Shown one piece after another: positions 17,905 through 27,356 of a DNA stretch of 38,403 nt. The DNA comes from an uncultured archaeon. GTDB taxonomy: Archaea; Iainarchaeota; Iainarchaeia; Iainarchaeales; DTGL01. Both the position numbers and the translations under genes were made by a program. The notes under the pieces are model-generated. The model ran no database searches, was not told the DNA's origin, and was given only the letters and a program-made list of their open reading frames with translations. The stretch spans positions 1 through 38,403 of the forward strand of contig CAZKED010000007.1 of NCBI GenBank assembly GCA_964551725.1, in the 5' to 3' direction. The number at the start of each line of letters is the position of its first letter. Positions within the stretch are counted from its first letter, which is position 1.

Positions 17905-18702
17905 TTACTGTCTTAACCCCTGATCTATAAGCTTATCTATCTCTCCCTGATGCCTAGTTTCCTTCCAAGCACCTGAGTGCTTTCTTTGCCATTCCTTGAG
18001 TTCTGGTAATTCGCCTCTCAGGATGATTTCTCTTGCTTCTCTCCAAGGAGTGCCCCTGCAAACAAGCCGTATGAAAAAAAGGCCAGCGCCCTCCCCAGCG
18101 TTCCCCAATTGCTTTTCGATATAGTGGGCTTCTTGGCCAAGCGCCTTTCCATAATAATATCCTTTTTTGTTTTCTGCTCGGCTTGCCATAAAGGGCAAGG
18201 GATGTCTTAATTCCTTTTTCAGTTTGTCAAGTCTCTTTTGGATCTCTTGTTCACTTAATTTAAATTTCCCACCTGCGCTGCTTTCGCTGCCTTCCAATCC
18301 TCTGAAAACCATGTAGGAGGAGAATGCGGGAGCAGCGATATGGTGATTTTTAACTCGCAGGGAATGTACAAATTCATGGCCTAAAAGGTAAGGCCTCAAG
18401 CGGATTTCTCTGTCTATTTCTTCCTCAGCAACAGGAGTTTCCCTAACCCCGATAATCCAACGTCTAAATGTGTGGTTTCTTAGAAGTCGCCCATCCTCAA
18501 CATTGAGTTCGGGAAATTCGCTTCTTATGGCTTTAAGCCTTCTGCGGATAATTCTCCGTTTTTTAGCTTGTGAATAATTGGTTGGAAGAAGGGCATCGGC
18601 GATTGGCAATGCAATCTTGCCCAGTGCCTTTTGGTATTTTGGTTTGTTCTCTTTAGCCAGCATTCTATTATACTCTCTGGTCAATCTTCGCACTGAGCCC
18701 AT
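17905..18702 (-). CDS. Basic orphan protein with HEXXH motif
   Basis: 265-aa Arg/Lys-rich ORF containing LGHEFVHS. No competing long ORFs. TATA-like sequence upstream. Confidence 0.65.
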   Translation of the reverse strand: MGSVRRLTREYNRMLAKENKPKYQKALGKIALPIADALLPTNYSQAKKRRIIRRRLKAIRSEFPELNVEDGRLLRNHTFRRWIIGVRETPVAEEEIDREIRLRPYLLGHEFVHSLRVKNHHIAAPAFSSYMVFRGLEGSESSAGGKFKLSEQEIQKRLDKLKKELRHPLPFMASRAENKKGYYYGKALGQEAHYIEKQLGNAGEGAGLFFIRLVCRGTPWREAREIILRGELPELKEWQRKHSGAWKETRHQGEIDKLIDQGLRQ

Positions 18703-18798
18703 ACAAAGGTTTAGTATTGTTTAAACTTAAAACCCTTCCGAATTTATCGAAACCCTTTTCTCGTGAGTTTTTAAACCCTTGCCTCGCAATCCTTTTTT

Positions 18799-20052
18799 AT
18801 GCCCGAAAAGGTTTTCCTTGAATGGCACGGCTGCACGTTGAATAAGGGCGAGAGCGAAAGAATGCTGGGCATGCTCTCAAGGCAGGGCTTTGCCTTGGCA
18901 TCAAAGCCGGGGAACGCGGACATTGTAATATTCAACGGTTGTGCGGTGAAGCATTCCACTGAACAGAGAATGTTTTCCAGGCTTTCAGCGCTCTCGGAAC
19001 TTCAGAAAAAGCGCGGCTTTGAGCTCATAGTGTTCGGTTGCTTGGTAGAAATTTGCAGGGAGCGCTTGGAAAAAAATTTCCCAGGCGCTGTTCTCATAGG
19101 ATTGGATTTCGGCGCTCTTGCGGAACACTTGGGTTTTTCTTTTTCCCAGGGCGTGCTTTCCCTTGAACCTGTGAGGTTCAACGAATTCGTTTCAATTATC
19201 CCGGTTTCCACAGGCTGCCTGGGCGCCTGTTCCTATTGCTGTGTTTCCCGTGCAAGGGGAAACCTCTGCAGTTTTCCGGTGCAGGGAATAAAAAAGGCAT
19301 TTTCCTCGGCATTAGAGAACGCGAAGGAAGTCTGGCTCACCTCGAATGATACAGCGTGCTATGGTCTGGACGTCGGCTCATCGCTTCCCGAGATGCTGCA
19401 CGAACTGCTTTCCGTTGATGGTGATTTCAGGGTGCGGATTGGAATGATGAATCCCGCGCAGGCGAAAAAATTCTTTCCCGAACTCCTGTCCTGTTTCGAG
19501 GACGAGCGCTTGTTCCGCTTTTTGCATTTGCCCGTGCAGAGCGGTTCTGACAGAGTGCTGAAAAAAATGAACCGCGGTTATTCCGTTGCGGAATTCAAAA
19601 AAATGGTCCGCGAGGCGCGCGATTTTGATTCGGATTTTTCCATTGCCACCGACATTATTGCGGGCTTTCCCTCCGAGTCAAGTGCGGACTTTGAGAAAAG
19701 CGTTTCGCTGCTCATGGAAACAATGCCCGATGTTGTTAACATTTCCGCTTTCGGTAAAAGACCTTTTGCAAGGGCGAATGCCTTTCCCGGGCAGATTGAT
19801 TCCGCGGAGAAAAAGCTTCGCACAAAAAAGCTCACTGAGGTGGTGCGCGGTATAGGGCTTGAGCGCAACAAGCGCTTGCTCGGCAGCATTCAGCATGTGC
19901 TTGTTTCCGAGTTCGGGGAAAAGGGCGGTTTTGTTGGCAGGACGAATGCTTACAAGCCGGTTGTGGTGCGGGAGAATTTGCTAGGGCAGTTTGCGCGGGT
20001 GAGAATTGCCTCGGTGCATCCCACTTTCCTGGAGGGCATCGTTCAGCCTTAA
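18799..20052 (+). CDS. MiaB-like radical SAM tRNA methylthiotransferase (archaeal MtaB/CDKAL1 type)
   Basis: UPF0004 domain GCTLN...NGCAVK...GCL, CxxxCxxC as CLGACSYC, RVRIGMMNP, HLPVQSGSD, C-terminal TRAM (GRTNAYKPVV). Confidence 0.92.
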   Translation: MPEKVFLEWHGCTLNKGESERMLGMLSRQGFALASKPGNADIVIFNGCAVKHSTEQRMFSRLSALSELQKKRGFELIVFGCLVEICRERLEKNFPGAVLIGLDFGALAEHLGFSFSQGVLSLEPVRFNEFVSIIPVSTGCLGACSYCCVSRARGNLCSFPVQGIKKAFSSALENAKEVWLTSNDTACYGLDVGSSLPEMLHELLSVDGDFRVRIGMMNPAQAKKFFPELLSCFEDERLFRFLHLPVQSGSDRVLKKMNRGYSVAEFKKMVREARDFDSDFSIATDIIAGFPSESSADFEKSVSLLMETMPDVVNISAFGKRPFARANAFPGQIDSAEKKLRTKKLTEVVRGIGLERNKRLLGSIQHVLVSEFGEKGGFVGRTNAYKPVVVRENLLGQFARVRIASVHPTFLEGIVQP

Positions 20053-20096
20053 AATTAGGTTTTTATTCCCTTTCATGTTTAATTTTTGGGATTGAA

Positions 20097-20876
20097 ATGC
20101 TGTTGGAGAAATGTTTCCGCGAGTATGTTTCCAATTTTCGGCTGGCGCTTTTGTTCGGTCTTTTGCTTGTGTTTGTGCCTTTTTTTGCGGCGTTTCCCAA
20201 TATTCAGTTTTCTTCCGGAACCCTTTCGATAGAGTATGCAGGGGTCCCGCTGCAGTTTTTGCTTGCCGAATTCGTGCTGGTTGCCTTGTTCCTTGCTTTC
20301 TTTTCCTTTTTTGTTTCCCTGGTGGTTTTGGCTGTGAGGAAGGACCTGAGCAAAATAAGGGTGGAATTCTACTTAAGCGAAATGCTCAAAAAGTTCGCGT
20401 TAAAGATTTTTGCTTTCTTTTTCCTTTACTCTCTGGCGCTTTTTTTTCTCGGCTTCGGGCTTGTTTTGGCTGGAGCGAACCTGTTTCTGGCTAACGCCGT
20501 TCTCTTTGTTGTTTCACTGCCGTTCGTGTTCGTTCCCCAGGCAGTGGTAATAGATGAAGTGTCTTTGCCGCAGGCGGTAATGGAGAGCGTTTCCTTTACC
20601 TGGAGGAATTTCCGTTCCTTCCTTTTCGTATTTTTTGCCGGCTCCGTGCTCATTGCCCTCGTTTTGCTTGTTTCCTTCGGGGTTGACCTCGTGGCAACGA
20701 GGCTCTTTGCCGGAGAATACTTGGCAATGCTTGTTTCAATGGTTTTCATTGTGCCCTTTGTGGAGATACTGAAGACTTATGCTTATATGCTCAAATTTGA
20801 CCTCATTAAAAGGAGCGAAATGGCCGGCGTTCCCGCAAAAGTGCAGGAACCAAAGAAATCAAAAGGGAAAAAATAA
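20097..20876 (+). CDS. Hypothetical polytopic membrane protein
   Basis: About 6 hydrophobic segments and a basic C-terminal tail. Confidence 0.7.
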   Translation: MLLEKCFREYVSNFRLALLFGLLLVFVPFFAAFPNIQFSSGTLSIEYAGVPLQFLLAEFVLVALFLAFFSFFVSLVVLAVRKDLSKIRVEFYLSEMLKKFALKIFAFFFLYSLALFFLGFGLVLAGANLFLANAVLFVVSLPFVFVPQAVVIDEVSLPQAVMESVSFTWRNFRSFLFVFFAGSVLIALVLLVSFGVDLVATRLFAGEYLAMLVSMVFIVPFVEILKTYAYMLKFDLIKRSEMAGVPAKVQEPKKSKGKK

Positions 20877-20880
20877 TAAA

Positions 20881-20898
20881 CCGAAGCAGCGGTTTCGG
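20881..20898 (+). terminator. Short hairpin after 20097-20876
   Basis: CCGAAGC-agcg-GTTTCGG stem directly after the stop, followed by a T-rich tract. Confidence 0.3.
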
Positions 20899-20966
20899 AA
20901 AGCAAATTTTTTATACCTTTTTGCTTAGTATACTTAATAGTGTTTTTTCTTTTGGGGGCATTTTGC

Positions 20967-21440
20967 ATGATTGTTTCTTTGGACAAGGTCGATTACCAGA
21001 TTGTTAAAAGGTTGAGCGAGGACGGTAGGACAAGCTACAGGGCTATTGCAAAGGAAACCGATTTAACCGATGTTGCAATAAAAAAGAGGGTGGATTCTCT
21101 CAAGCGGAAGGGGGTGATTTCCACCATTACCGCTGAAGTGAATCTGGAAGTGCTTGGCTTCGAGAAGCCTGTTTTCGTGCAGATTCGCAGCGACATGTCC
21201 AAGAACAGGGATCTCATCAAGAGGATTGAGTCGCTTGATTATGTTACAGAGCTTTACCACGTGCTCGGAGAATACAATCTGCTCGCAAAGCTTGTTTTGC
21301 CCGACCTCGGTTCGGCGGAGGAATTCATTAACAGGCTTGGCTCCCTGGACGGGGTGCTGGACATCAAAACCTTGATGGTTCTGCGCAGGGCAAAGCGCAG
21401 CAATTCCCTGCCAGCAAGCGTTATGCAGAAAAAATTATGA
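20967..21440 (+). CDS. Lrp/AsnC family transcriptional regulator
   Basis: LDKVDYQIVKRLSEDGRTSYRAIAK HTH and a RAM domain (LGEYNLLAKL). Start re-called at ATG 20967. Confidence 0.92.
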   Translation: MIVSLDKVDYQIVKRLSEDGRTSYRAIAKETDLTDVAIKKRVDSLKRKGVISTITAEVNLEVLGFEKPVFVQIRSDMSKNRDLIKRIESLDYVTELYHVLGEYNLLAKLVLPDLGSAEEFINRLGSLDGVLDIKTLMVLRRAKRSNSLPASVMQKKL

Positions 21441-22655
21441 TTCCTTTTTCTTTGTTGCCGCGAACACTATGAGGGAAATGAGAATGCTTATTATTATTGC
21501 AAGGTAAACTATTTTCACCACTGTTTGAGCTGCGATTGCGTCAAATCCCTGGATGCCGCCCCCCACTATTAGAAGCAGCGGGGCGAGTGCCGCTGGCGCG
21601 ATTCCCTTGGGGCTTATGAGGGAAAGCCTCAGCCTCTCCTTAAGGTTTAGTTCTGTCCTGAAAGTAATCACCCACACACTCAAAAGCCTCGCGGCAAATA
21701 TTGCTATGAGTATGGTGACTATTTCCAGCCTTGTAATGGGAAACTCCGCGAGCTTTTCGAGGGTAAAGGTCATTCCCAGCATTACGAACACGAATGTTGT
21801 GAAGAGGAAAGCCATTTCCTTGTTGAATTCCCTGAAGGATTTTTTCTCCTGCTTTTTGTGAGAATTCAGCAAAATGCTCGTGATTCCCACGGCAAGAATG
21901 CCCGAACCAAAAAAGTTTTCCGCGAGCACGTAAACGCCTATTGCGATCATCAGTCCTGCAAGCTCCTCGTTCCTTCCCCTGAGGTAATTGAGAAGCGCCT
22001 GCCCCCCGAAGAATCCCACAAGCCCCACTATTACTCCCACGCCCACGAGCAGAAAGAACTGGAGCAGGTAGACAGGCACGATTGCCAGTGCCCCGATTCC
22101 CTCCATTGTCCTGCCGCTGTTCGCAAGGAAATCGAGAATCACAAGCGGCAGTATCACGGTCAGGGGCTGGTTCATTATTGATTCGCTGTTAAGTACTGTT
22201 TGAATTTTGTCCGGTGTCTTGCTCAGCACGGATGAAATTGCAGCCGGGTCAGTGCCTCCAAGCGCGGCACCCATGAATGCCGCGATAAGGAGCGGCAGCC
22301 CGAGCAAAAAGTAACCGAAGCCCGCGATTATTGTTACGGTGAGCAGCACGCCTATTGTTGCGAGCGGCAGCACAATGCCGTATTCCTTTTTGATGGTGTC
22401 CACTTTGAGGTAAAAGCCGTTTGCGAAAACCACTATTATTAACGCCAGCACCCTTATGAGGTCAGGCAAAAAACCTAGTGATTCAAGGTTGAGTATTCCG
22501 AGCGAGGCAAAAAGCGTGCCGGAAACGATCAATGCCACGATTGTGGGAAACCTGAACCTTTCGCATATCAGCTTGAGGAATATCCCGATTGCAATAATCA
22601 CCGCAACCTGGTTCAGCACAGCGAGCGTGCTTATTTCCCCTGAAATGGGAAGCAT
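21435..22655 (-). CDS. CPA1/NhaP-type cation:proton antiporter-like protein
   Basis: About 12-13 TM, LATIGVLLT, GGTDPAA, ESIMNQP, FVMLG, AARLL, SPKGIA. Confidence 0.85.
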   Translation of the reverse strand: MLPISGEISTLAVLNQVAVIIAIGIFLKLICERFRFPTIVALIVSGTLFASLGILNLESLGFLPDLIRVLALIIVVFANGFYLKVDTIKKEYGIVLPLATIGVLLTVTIIAGFGYFLLGLPLLIAAFMGAALGGTDPAAISSVLSKTPDKIQTVLNSESIMNQPLTVILPLVILDFLANSGRTMEGIGALAIVPVYLLQFFLLVGVGVIVGLVGFFGGQALLNYLRGRNEELAGLMIAIGVYVLAENFFGSGILAVGITSILLNSHKKQEKKSFREFNKEMAFLFTTFVFVMLGMTFTLEKLAEFPITRLEIVTILIAIFAARLLSVWVITFRTELNLKERLRLSLISPKGIAPAALAPLLLIVGGGIQGFDAIAAQTVVKIVYLAIIISILISLIVFAATKKKES

Positions 22656-22729
22656 ACTTAAAGAATGCGTCTATTGTTTTTATTCTTTTTCATGCCATTC
22701 ATAATGTGTGAATTGTTTTGTGTGGTGCA

Positions 22730-24784
22730 GTGATTCTTGTTATTGCTGAGAAAGCCATTGCGGGGAGAAGGATTGCGTCCCTGCTCGCGGACTCGGAAGT
22801 TAAAGAGAAAAGCAGGGGAGGAGTTCCCTTTTTCGAATTTTCCCGCGGGGGAAAGGATTACACGGTTATACCATTGCGGGGTCACATTTTCAATGTTGAT
22901 TTCCCGAAGCTTTTCGCGCCCTGGATTGGAACGGATTTGCGCAGGCTGGCAAGCGCAAAAATAAACTACATTGGAACGGAAAAAGCGATAATTTCCCTGC
23001 TCGGGGATTTTTCGCCGCGCGCCGAGAAGGCGATAATGGCAACCGATTCCGACAGGGAGGGGGAAAGCATTGCCCTTGAGGCGCTTGAATGCATTGAGGA
23101 ATCGAACAAAGGAATAAAAGTAAAGCGCGCCAATTTTTCCGCAATAACAAAGGAAGAAATCGAGGAAGCATTCTCCAATCCCGGCGAACTCGACCTTAAT
23201 TATGCGAATTCCGCAAACGCTCGCAGGGAAATAGACCTCGTGTGGGGTGCGGTGCTGACACGCTTTCTCTCAATTGTTTCCGGCAGACTGGGCAGGCAGT
23301 TTTTGTCCGCAGGCAGGGTGCAGAGCCCCACGCTCGCGCTTATAATCGACAGGGAAAAGGAAATCCTTGCCTTCAAGTCAAAGCCCTACTGGGAAATAGA
23401 GGCGGAATTCCGCAAGGATTCAAAAAAGTTCACCGCAATGCACAAAGCCGGAAGGATATGGGAAAAGGAAAAAGCGCAGAGAATAGCCGCTAAGAAGGAT
23501 TCGCACGGAACAGTGGCAAAGGTTAAAAAGGAGGAAAAGGAAATCCCAAAGCCGCTGCCGTTCAACACTACGGAATTCCTGCGTGCCGCTTCTTCAACCG
23601 GCTTTTCGGTCGGCAGGGCAATGAGCATTGCAGAGAATCTCTACCAGCGGGGAATAATAAGTTACCCGAGAACGGACAACACGGTGTACCCTGCAACGCT
23701 CGACATTAAAAAAGTGCTGAACGAATTGCTCACAGTGGACAAATTCTTTCCCATAGTGAAAAGCGTTCTCTCCCAGAAAAGAATAATTCCCTCGCGGGGA
23801 AAAAAGGCCACAAGGGATCATCCCCCCATTCACCCGGTTTCCGCGCCGAAAGAGACCCTGACAGCAGAACAGTGGAGGATATACGAACTGATATGCAGGC
23901 GCTTTTTTGCCACTCTCGCAACGCCTGCAAAAGTGGAACTCATAACCGCGGAAATACTCGTGAAAGGCGAACCCTACATTGCGAAAGGCCAGCGCTTTCT
24001 TGAAAAGGGGTGGAAGGAATTCTACCCTTACCTCAAATCGGTTGAAGTGTTTTTGCCTGCCCTGGGCAAGGGCGACAGGGTTGAATTGCTAAAGCTGGAA
24101 ATGCTCGAGAAGAAAACGAAGCCGCCGGCGCGTTACTCGCAGGGCTCTCTAATAAAACTCATGGAAAAAAACGGGCTGGGAACAAAGTCCACTAGGCATG
24201 AAACCATAAAAAAGCTTTACTCTCGGAAATACATCTCGGGCGTTAAAACAATTGTGCCGAACAAAATAGCATTTGCAGTGATAGATTCTCTGGAAAAATA
24301 CGACGGAATGATTGTAAAACCCAAAATGACTTCCGAGCTCGAAAAGGAAATGGACTTGGTTGCGGCGGGGAAGAAGAAAAAGCTCGAAGTTGTTGGCGAT
24401 TCAAGGGAACTGTTGCTTGAGGCGTTGAAGCAGCTGATGGAAAAAAAAGACAGCATAGGAAAGTCGCTCCGCGAGGCTTTGAGGCAGGACAGCCAGTTTT
24501 TTTCCTGCACCTCCGAAACCTGTGACGGAATGCTAGTCGTCCGCAGGAGTTCCGCCACAAGGAAGCGCTTTCTCGGGTGCAGCAATTATCCCAAGTGCAC
24601 CGTTACCTATCCCCTTCCGCAGAAGGGCTCCATCAGGGTTTCGGGAAAGAAGTGCCCGCACTGCGGCAAGCCCATGATAAGGGTTTCCGGCAGGCGCTAT
24701 TCCTTTGAAATGTGCATTGACCCGAAATGCAAGAGCAAGGAGGAATGGAAAAACAAAAAGAACGGGAAGGAGGGGAAAAAATGA
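22730..24784 (+). CDS. topA: DNA topoisomerase IA
   Basis: IAEK, ATDSDREGE (Toprim), SAGRVQSP, active site GIISYPRT, GLGTKSTR, C-terminal Zn ribbons. Probable GTG start at 22730. Confidence 0.96.
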   Translation: MILVIAEKAIAGRRIASLLADSEVKEKSRGGVPFFEFSRGGKDYTVIPLRGHIFNVDFPKLFAPWIGTDLRRLASAKINYIGTEKAIISLLGDFSPRAEKAIMATDSDREGESIALEALECIEESNKGIKVKRANFSAITKEEIEEAFSNPGELDLNYANSANARREIDLVWGAVLTRFLSIVSGRLGRQFLSAGRVQSPTLALIIDREKEILAFKSKPYWEIEAEFRKDSKKFTAMHKAGRIWEKEKAQRIAAKKDSHGTVAKVKKEEKEIPKPLPFNTTEFLRAASSTGFSVGRAMSIAENLYQRGIISYPRTDNTVYPATLDIKKVLNELLTVDKFFPIVKSVLSQKRIIPSRGKKATRDHPPIHPVSAPKETLTAEQWRIYELICRRFFATLATPAKVELITAEILVKGEPYIAKGQRFLEKGWKEFYPYLKSVEVFLPALGKGDRVELLKLEMLEKKTKPPARYSQGSLIKLMEKNGLGTKSTRHETIKKLYSRKYISGVKTIVPNKIAFAVIDSLEKYDGMIVKPKMTSELEKEMDLVAAGKKKKLEVVGDSRELLLEALKQLMEKKDSIGKSLREALRQDSQFFSCTSETCDGMLVVRRSSATRKRFLGCSNYPKCTVTYPLPQKGSIRVSGKKCPHCGKPMIRVSGRRYSFEMCIDPKCKSKEEWKNKKNGKEGKK

Positions 24785-25659
24785 AAAAAATTATTTTGCT
24801 TTTTTGCGCGCTTTCTCTTTTTCTTTTCTTCAGCGCATGTCCCGTGAACAAGCCGCAGGCAAATTTTGCCGACGGAAAGGCAAGGGTTGACGCTATATGG
24901 AGCGAAGCGGGCATTTCCCGGGCGGAACTCTTTGAAATGAAAGAGGTTGATTTTGGCATTGGGCCTTCCGCTGCAGCCGGCTGGAATGAAAAATTGGGCA
25001 ACGCGGAATCCAAGCTCAGCGAATTCAAGCAGTCTCTTTCCTCTTACGGGAGCGATGCCGAGCTGGCAAAGCTGAGAGAATATGTTGAAATGAACATTCT
25101 CCTAGCAAAATTTATACGCGAAAAAAATTCCCTTGCTGGGGAAAGCCCCCTTGCAGCGCTTGAGTCGGTAAAGGCCGCGCTTGAGAGCATTCCCAGTGAT
25201 CTTTCTTCTGTACAAGCCGGGCTTTCCCGTTTTTCGGAAATACGCGAGAAGGCAAAGAACGCAAAACTCGCGGCGCTCCAGTTAAACCAGGCAGTGCACT
25301 CCTTCAGGGCGCAGTACGCCGGCGAAACGGAAAGCGATTTTGGTGTAGAACTGGAGAAAATAGGGGAAATTATTTCCTTGGCGGACAGGGTTTCCCTGCT
25401 CGTTGATGCAGTCGAACTGGAGGAACGCACTGAAAAATGGTTCTCCTCCTTCAGCGCAATACTGAGCGGGGGAACGGATTGTTCCTCTCTCCCGGAAATT
25501 TCAGACCTTGTCGCGGAGGCGGAATCGCTTGCAGATCTTTCTGCGTCAATTGCGGAAAGGTTCGGTGATTCTGCAGTAAAGGAAAAAAGCGATTCTCTCT
25601 ATTCCTCCCTCACCCAGCTGAAAAGCATTGAAGCGCAGCTCAGATATTCCTGCGAATAA
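24781..25659 (+). CDS. Putative lipoprotein, helical/coiled-coil
   Basis: MKKIILLFCALSLFLFFSA|C lipobox-like signal. The ATGA overlaps the topA stop. Confidence 0.7.
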   Translation: MKKIILLFCALSLFLFFSACPVNKPQANFADGKARVDAIWSEAGISRAELFEMKEVDFGIGPSAAAGWNEKLGNAESKLSEFKQSLSSYGSDAELAKLREYVEMNILLAKFIREKNSLAGESPLAALESVKAALESIPSDLSSVQAGLSRFSEIREKAKNAKLAALQLNQAVHSFRAQYAGETESDFGVELEKIGEIISLADRVSLLVDAVELEERTEKWFSSFSAILSGGTDCSSLPEISDLVAEAESLADLSASIAERFGDSAVKEKSDSLYSSLTQLKSIEAQLRYSCE

Positions 25660-25679
25660 CCCCATTCGCCAGGGTATTT

Positions 25680-25845
25680 GGGGGAAAGAAAAAAGGGAAA
25701 GGAAAAAGGTTGGGTAATGAGGTGAATTAGGTAAGAAGAGGGACCAAGTATTCCTTTTTTCCCCATTTAGCATGGTGAGCCCGTCCCTCTTCTTATTGTG
25801 TTCTATTGTTCCTTACTGGAGCAAATCCCTCCTGTTTGTTTAGCA
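25680..25845 (-). ncRNA. Candidate structured small RNA (unclassified)
   Basis: Minus-strand TATA TTTTATAT at 25866-25873, a 13-bp stem, and a terminal pyrimidine tract. No credible ORF. No known family recognised. Confidence 0.3.
25732..25795. repeat. Perfect 13-bp inverted repeat (TAAGAAGAGGGAC / GTCCCTCTTCTTA) with 38-nt spacer
   Basis: Arms read directly at 25732-25744 and 25783-25795. Confidence 0.8.
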
Positions 25846-25954
25846 CTATAGATAAGTCCCTCCTCATATAAAACAATTCTCCAATTTAAACCGTTCCAAA
25901 ACGATACTTTAAATTATTTTTGGTGTAATAAAATTACATTGAAATGGGTTTTTT

Positions 25955-26500
25955 ATGTCCACAAAGATGAGTGTTTATGACAGCATCAGGATAAAGATTC
26001 TTGAGGCGCTGCTCCAAAAAAATTCCACGCGTCCCAACCTCAGGCACATAAAGCAGCTGACGGGCTTCCACAAGGCCACTATTAAGAGCTCCTTGGACTT
26101 CCTTGAAAAAAAAGAGCTTGTGCAGGGCTATGGCCCCAAAATTGACTTCCGCAAGCTTGGCTACAACCTTGAAGCAACAACCCTGATGCAGGTTGACCTC
26201 TCGAAGAAAAAAATATTCGACAAGTTTGTTGAAAGGCTGGGGAAGGACCCGCACGCTTACTGGTGCTCCGGGATGCTTGCCTCCGGAAAATGGAACCTGG
26301 TCTCAAGGCTCCTCTACGAGGACGTCGAATCCTATAGAAAGCACAGCGAGGAACACTACTACAAGCAGATTCCGGAACTCTACGACCTCATAAAGGACAG
26401 GCAGATTTTTTTTACGACTGAACCAGTCTACAAAAGCGCCTCCCGCACCTCCTCGATAATCGAACTCATAAAGAAAAAAAGGGGTTTTGAATGGAAATAG
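25955..26500 (+). CDS. Lrp/AsnC-like transcriptional regulator
   Basis: N-terminal wHTH, linker VQGYGPKIDFRKLGY and a RAM-like C-terminal domain (SGKWNLV). Confidence 0.82.
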   Translation: MSTKMSVYDSIRIKILEALLQKNSTRPNLRHIKQLTGFHKATIKSSLDFLEKKELVQGYGPKIDFRKLGYNLEATTLMQVDLSKKKIFDKFVERLGKDPHAYWCSGMLASGKWNLVSRLLYEDVESYRKHSEEHYYKQIPELYDLIKDRQIFFTTEPVYKSASRTSSIIELIKKKRGFEWK

Positions 26501-27297
26501 AATTGGACCTGGGGAAATCCCTTGAGGCGAACGCCTCGGATTACTTCGATAAAAGCAAAAAGGCAAAGGAAAAAGCGAAAAGAATCAAGGCAGCAATCCG
26601 TGAAACGGAGAAAAAAATTGCTAGGACGGGAAAGGAGGAAATTCGCCGCAAAATCCCACAGAAAAAAAGGCAGAGGGAGTGGTTTGAGAAATTCCACTGG
26701 TTCCATTCAAGCGAGGGTTTTTTGGTCATTGCAGGAAAGGATGCGCATTCAAACGAGGCAGTGGTAAAAAAGCACATGCTGCCGGAGGACCTTTACTTCC
26801 ACGCGGAAATCCAGGGCGCAGCGCACTGCATCGTAAAGTCCCAGGGTAAAGAACCGGGAGAAAAAACAAAAAGAGAGGCAGCGCAATTCGCTGCGGTCTT
26901 CAGCAAGGCATGGCCTTCGGGCATTGCTTCGATTGATGTTTATTCCGCCAAGCCCGAACAGGTTTCAAAGCGCGCCCCGAGCGGTGAGTCGCTTGCAACA
27001 GGGGCATTCATGGTTTACGGGAAGAGGGAGTGGTTCCGCAGCACGCCTCTCGAGTTTTCCATTGGAATCGAGAAGTGCGGCGAGCAATTCAGGATAATTT
27101 CCGGACCGCCCGAAGCGGTAAAAAAGCACGTGCTTTTTTCTTTGCGCGTTTTGCAGGGCGCAGAGGGAAAGGGCGCAGCAGCAAAGAAGGTAAAAAAAAT
27201 TTTTGAGGGCAGGCTTTCTAGCATCAGCCTCGACCTTGATGAAATAGTGGGAATGCTTCCCGCGGGAAAAATTTCTCTCGCAAACAGCAAACATTAA
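26491..27297 (+). CDS. NFACT RNA-binding-domain protein (N-terminally truncated Rqc2/RqcH homolog)
   Basis: NASDYFDKSKKAKEK coiled coil, WFEKFHWF.SSEGFLVIAGKDA..NE, DLYFHA, QVSK.APSGE.L..GAFMVYGKR. Confidence 0.88.
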   Translation: MEIELDLGKSLEANASDYFDKSKKAKEKAKRIKAAIRETEKKIARTGKEEIRRKIPQKKRQREWFEKFHWFHSSEGFLVIAGKDAHSNEAVVKKHMLPEDLYFHAEIQGAAHCIVKSQGKEPGEKTKREAAQFAAVFSKAWPSGIASIDVYSAKPEQVSKRAPSGESLATGAFMVYGKREWFRSTPLEFSIGIEKCGEQFRIISGPPEAVKKHVLFSLRVLQGAEGKGAAAKKVKKIFEGRLSSISLDLDEIVGMLPAGKISLANSKH

Positions 27298-27356
27298 AAA
27301 TATTTTGTTTAAAATTCCTTATAAATGATTAAAAAATTTAGTCAAAAGGGGTTTTT

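Noticed and set aside
18740-18775. ATTTATCGAAACCC upstream of the methylthiotransferase as a fourth motif copy
   Set aside because: It needs a gap and several mismatches, which is too weak to count.
25546-25773. 75-aa minus-strand ORF across the hairpin region
   Set aside because: It runs through a low-complexity pyrimidine tract, overlaps the lipoprotein gene and has no recognisable features.
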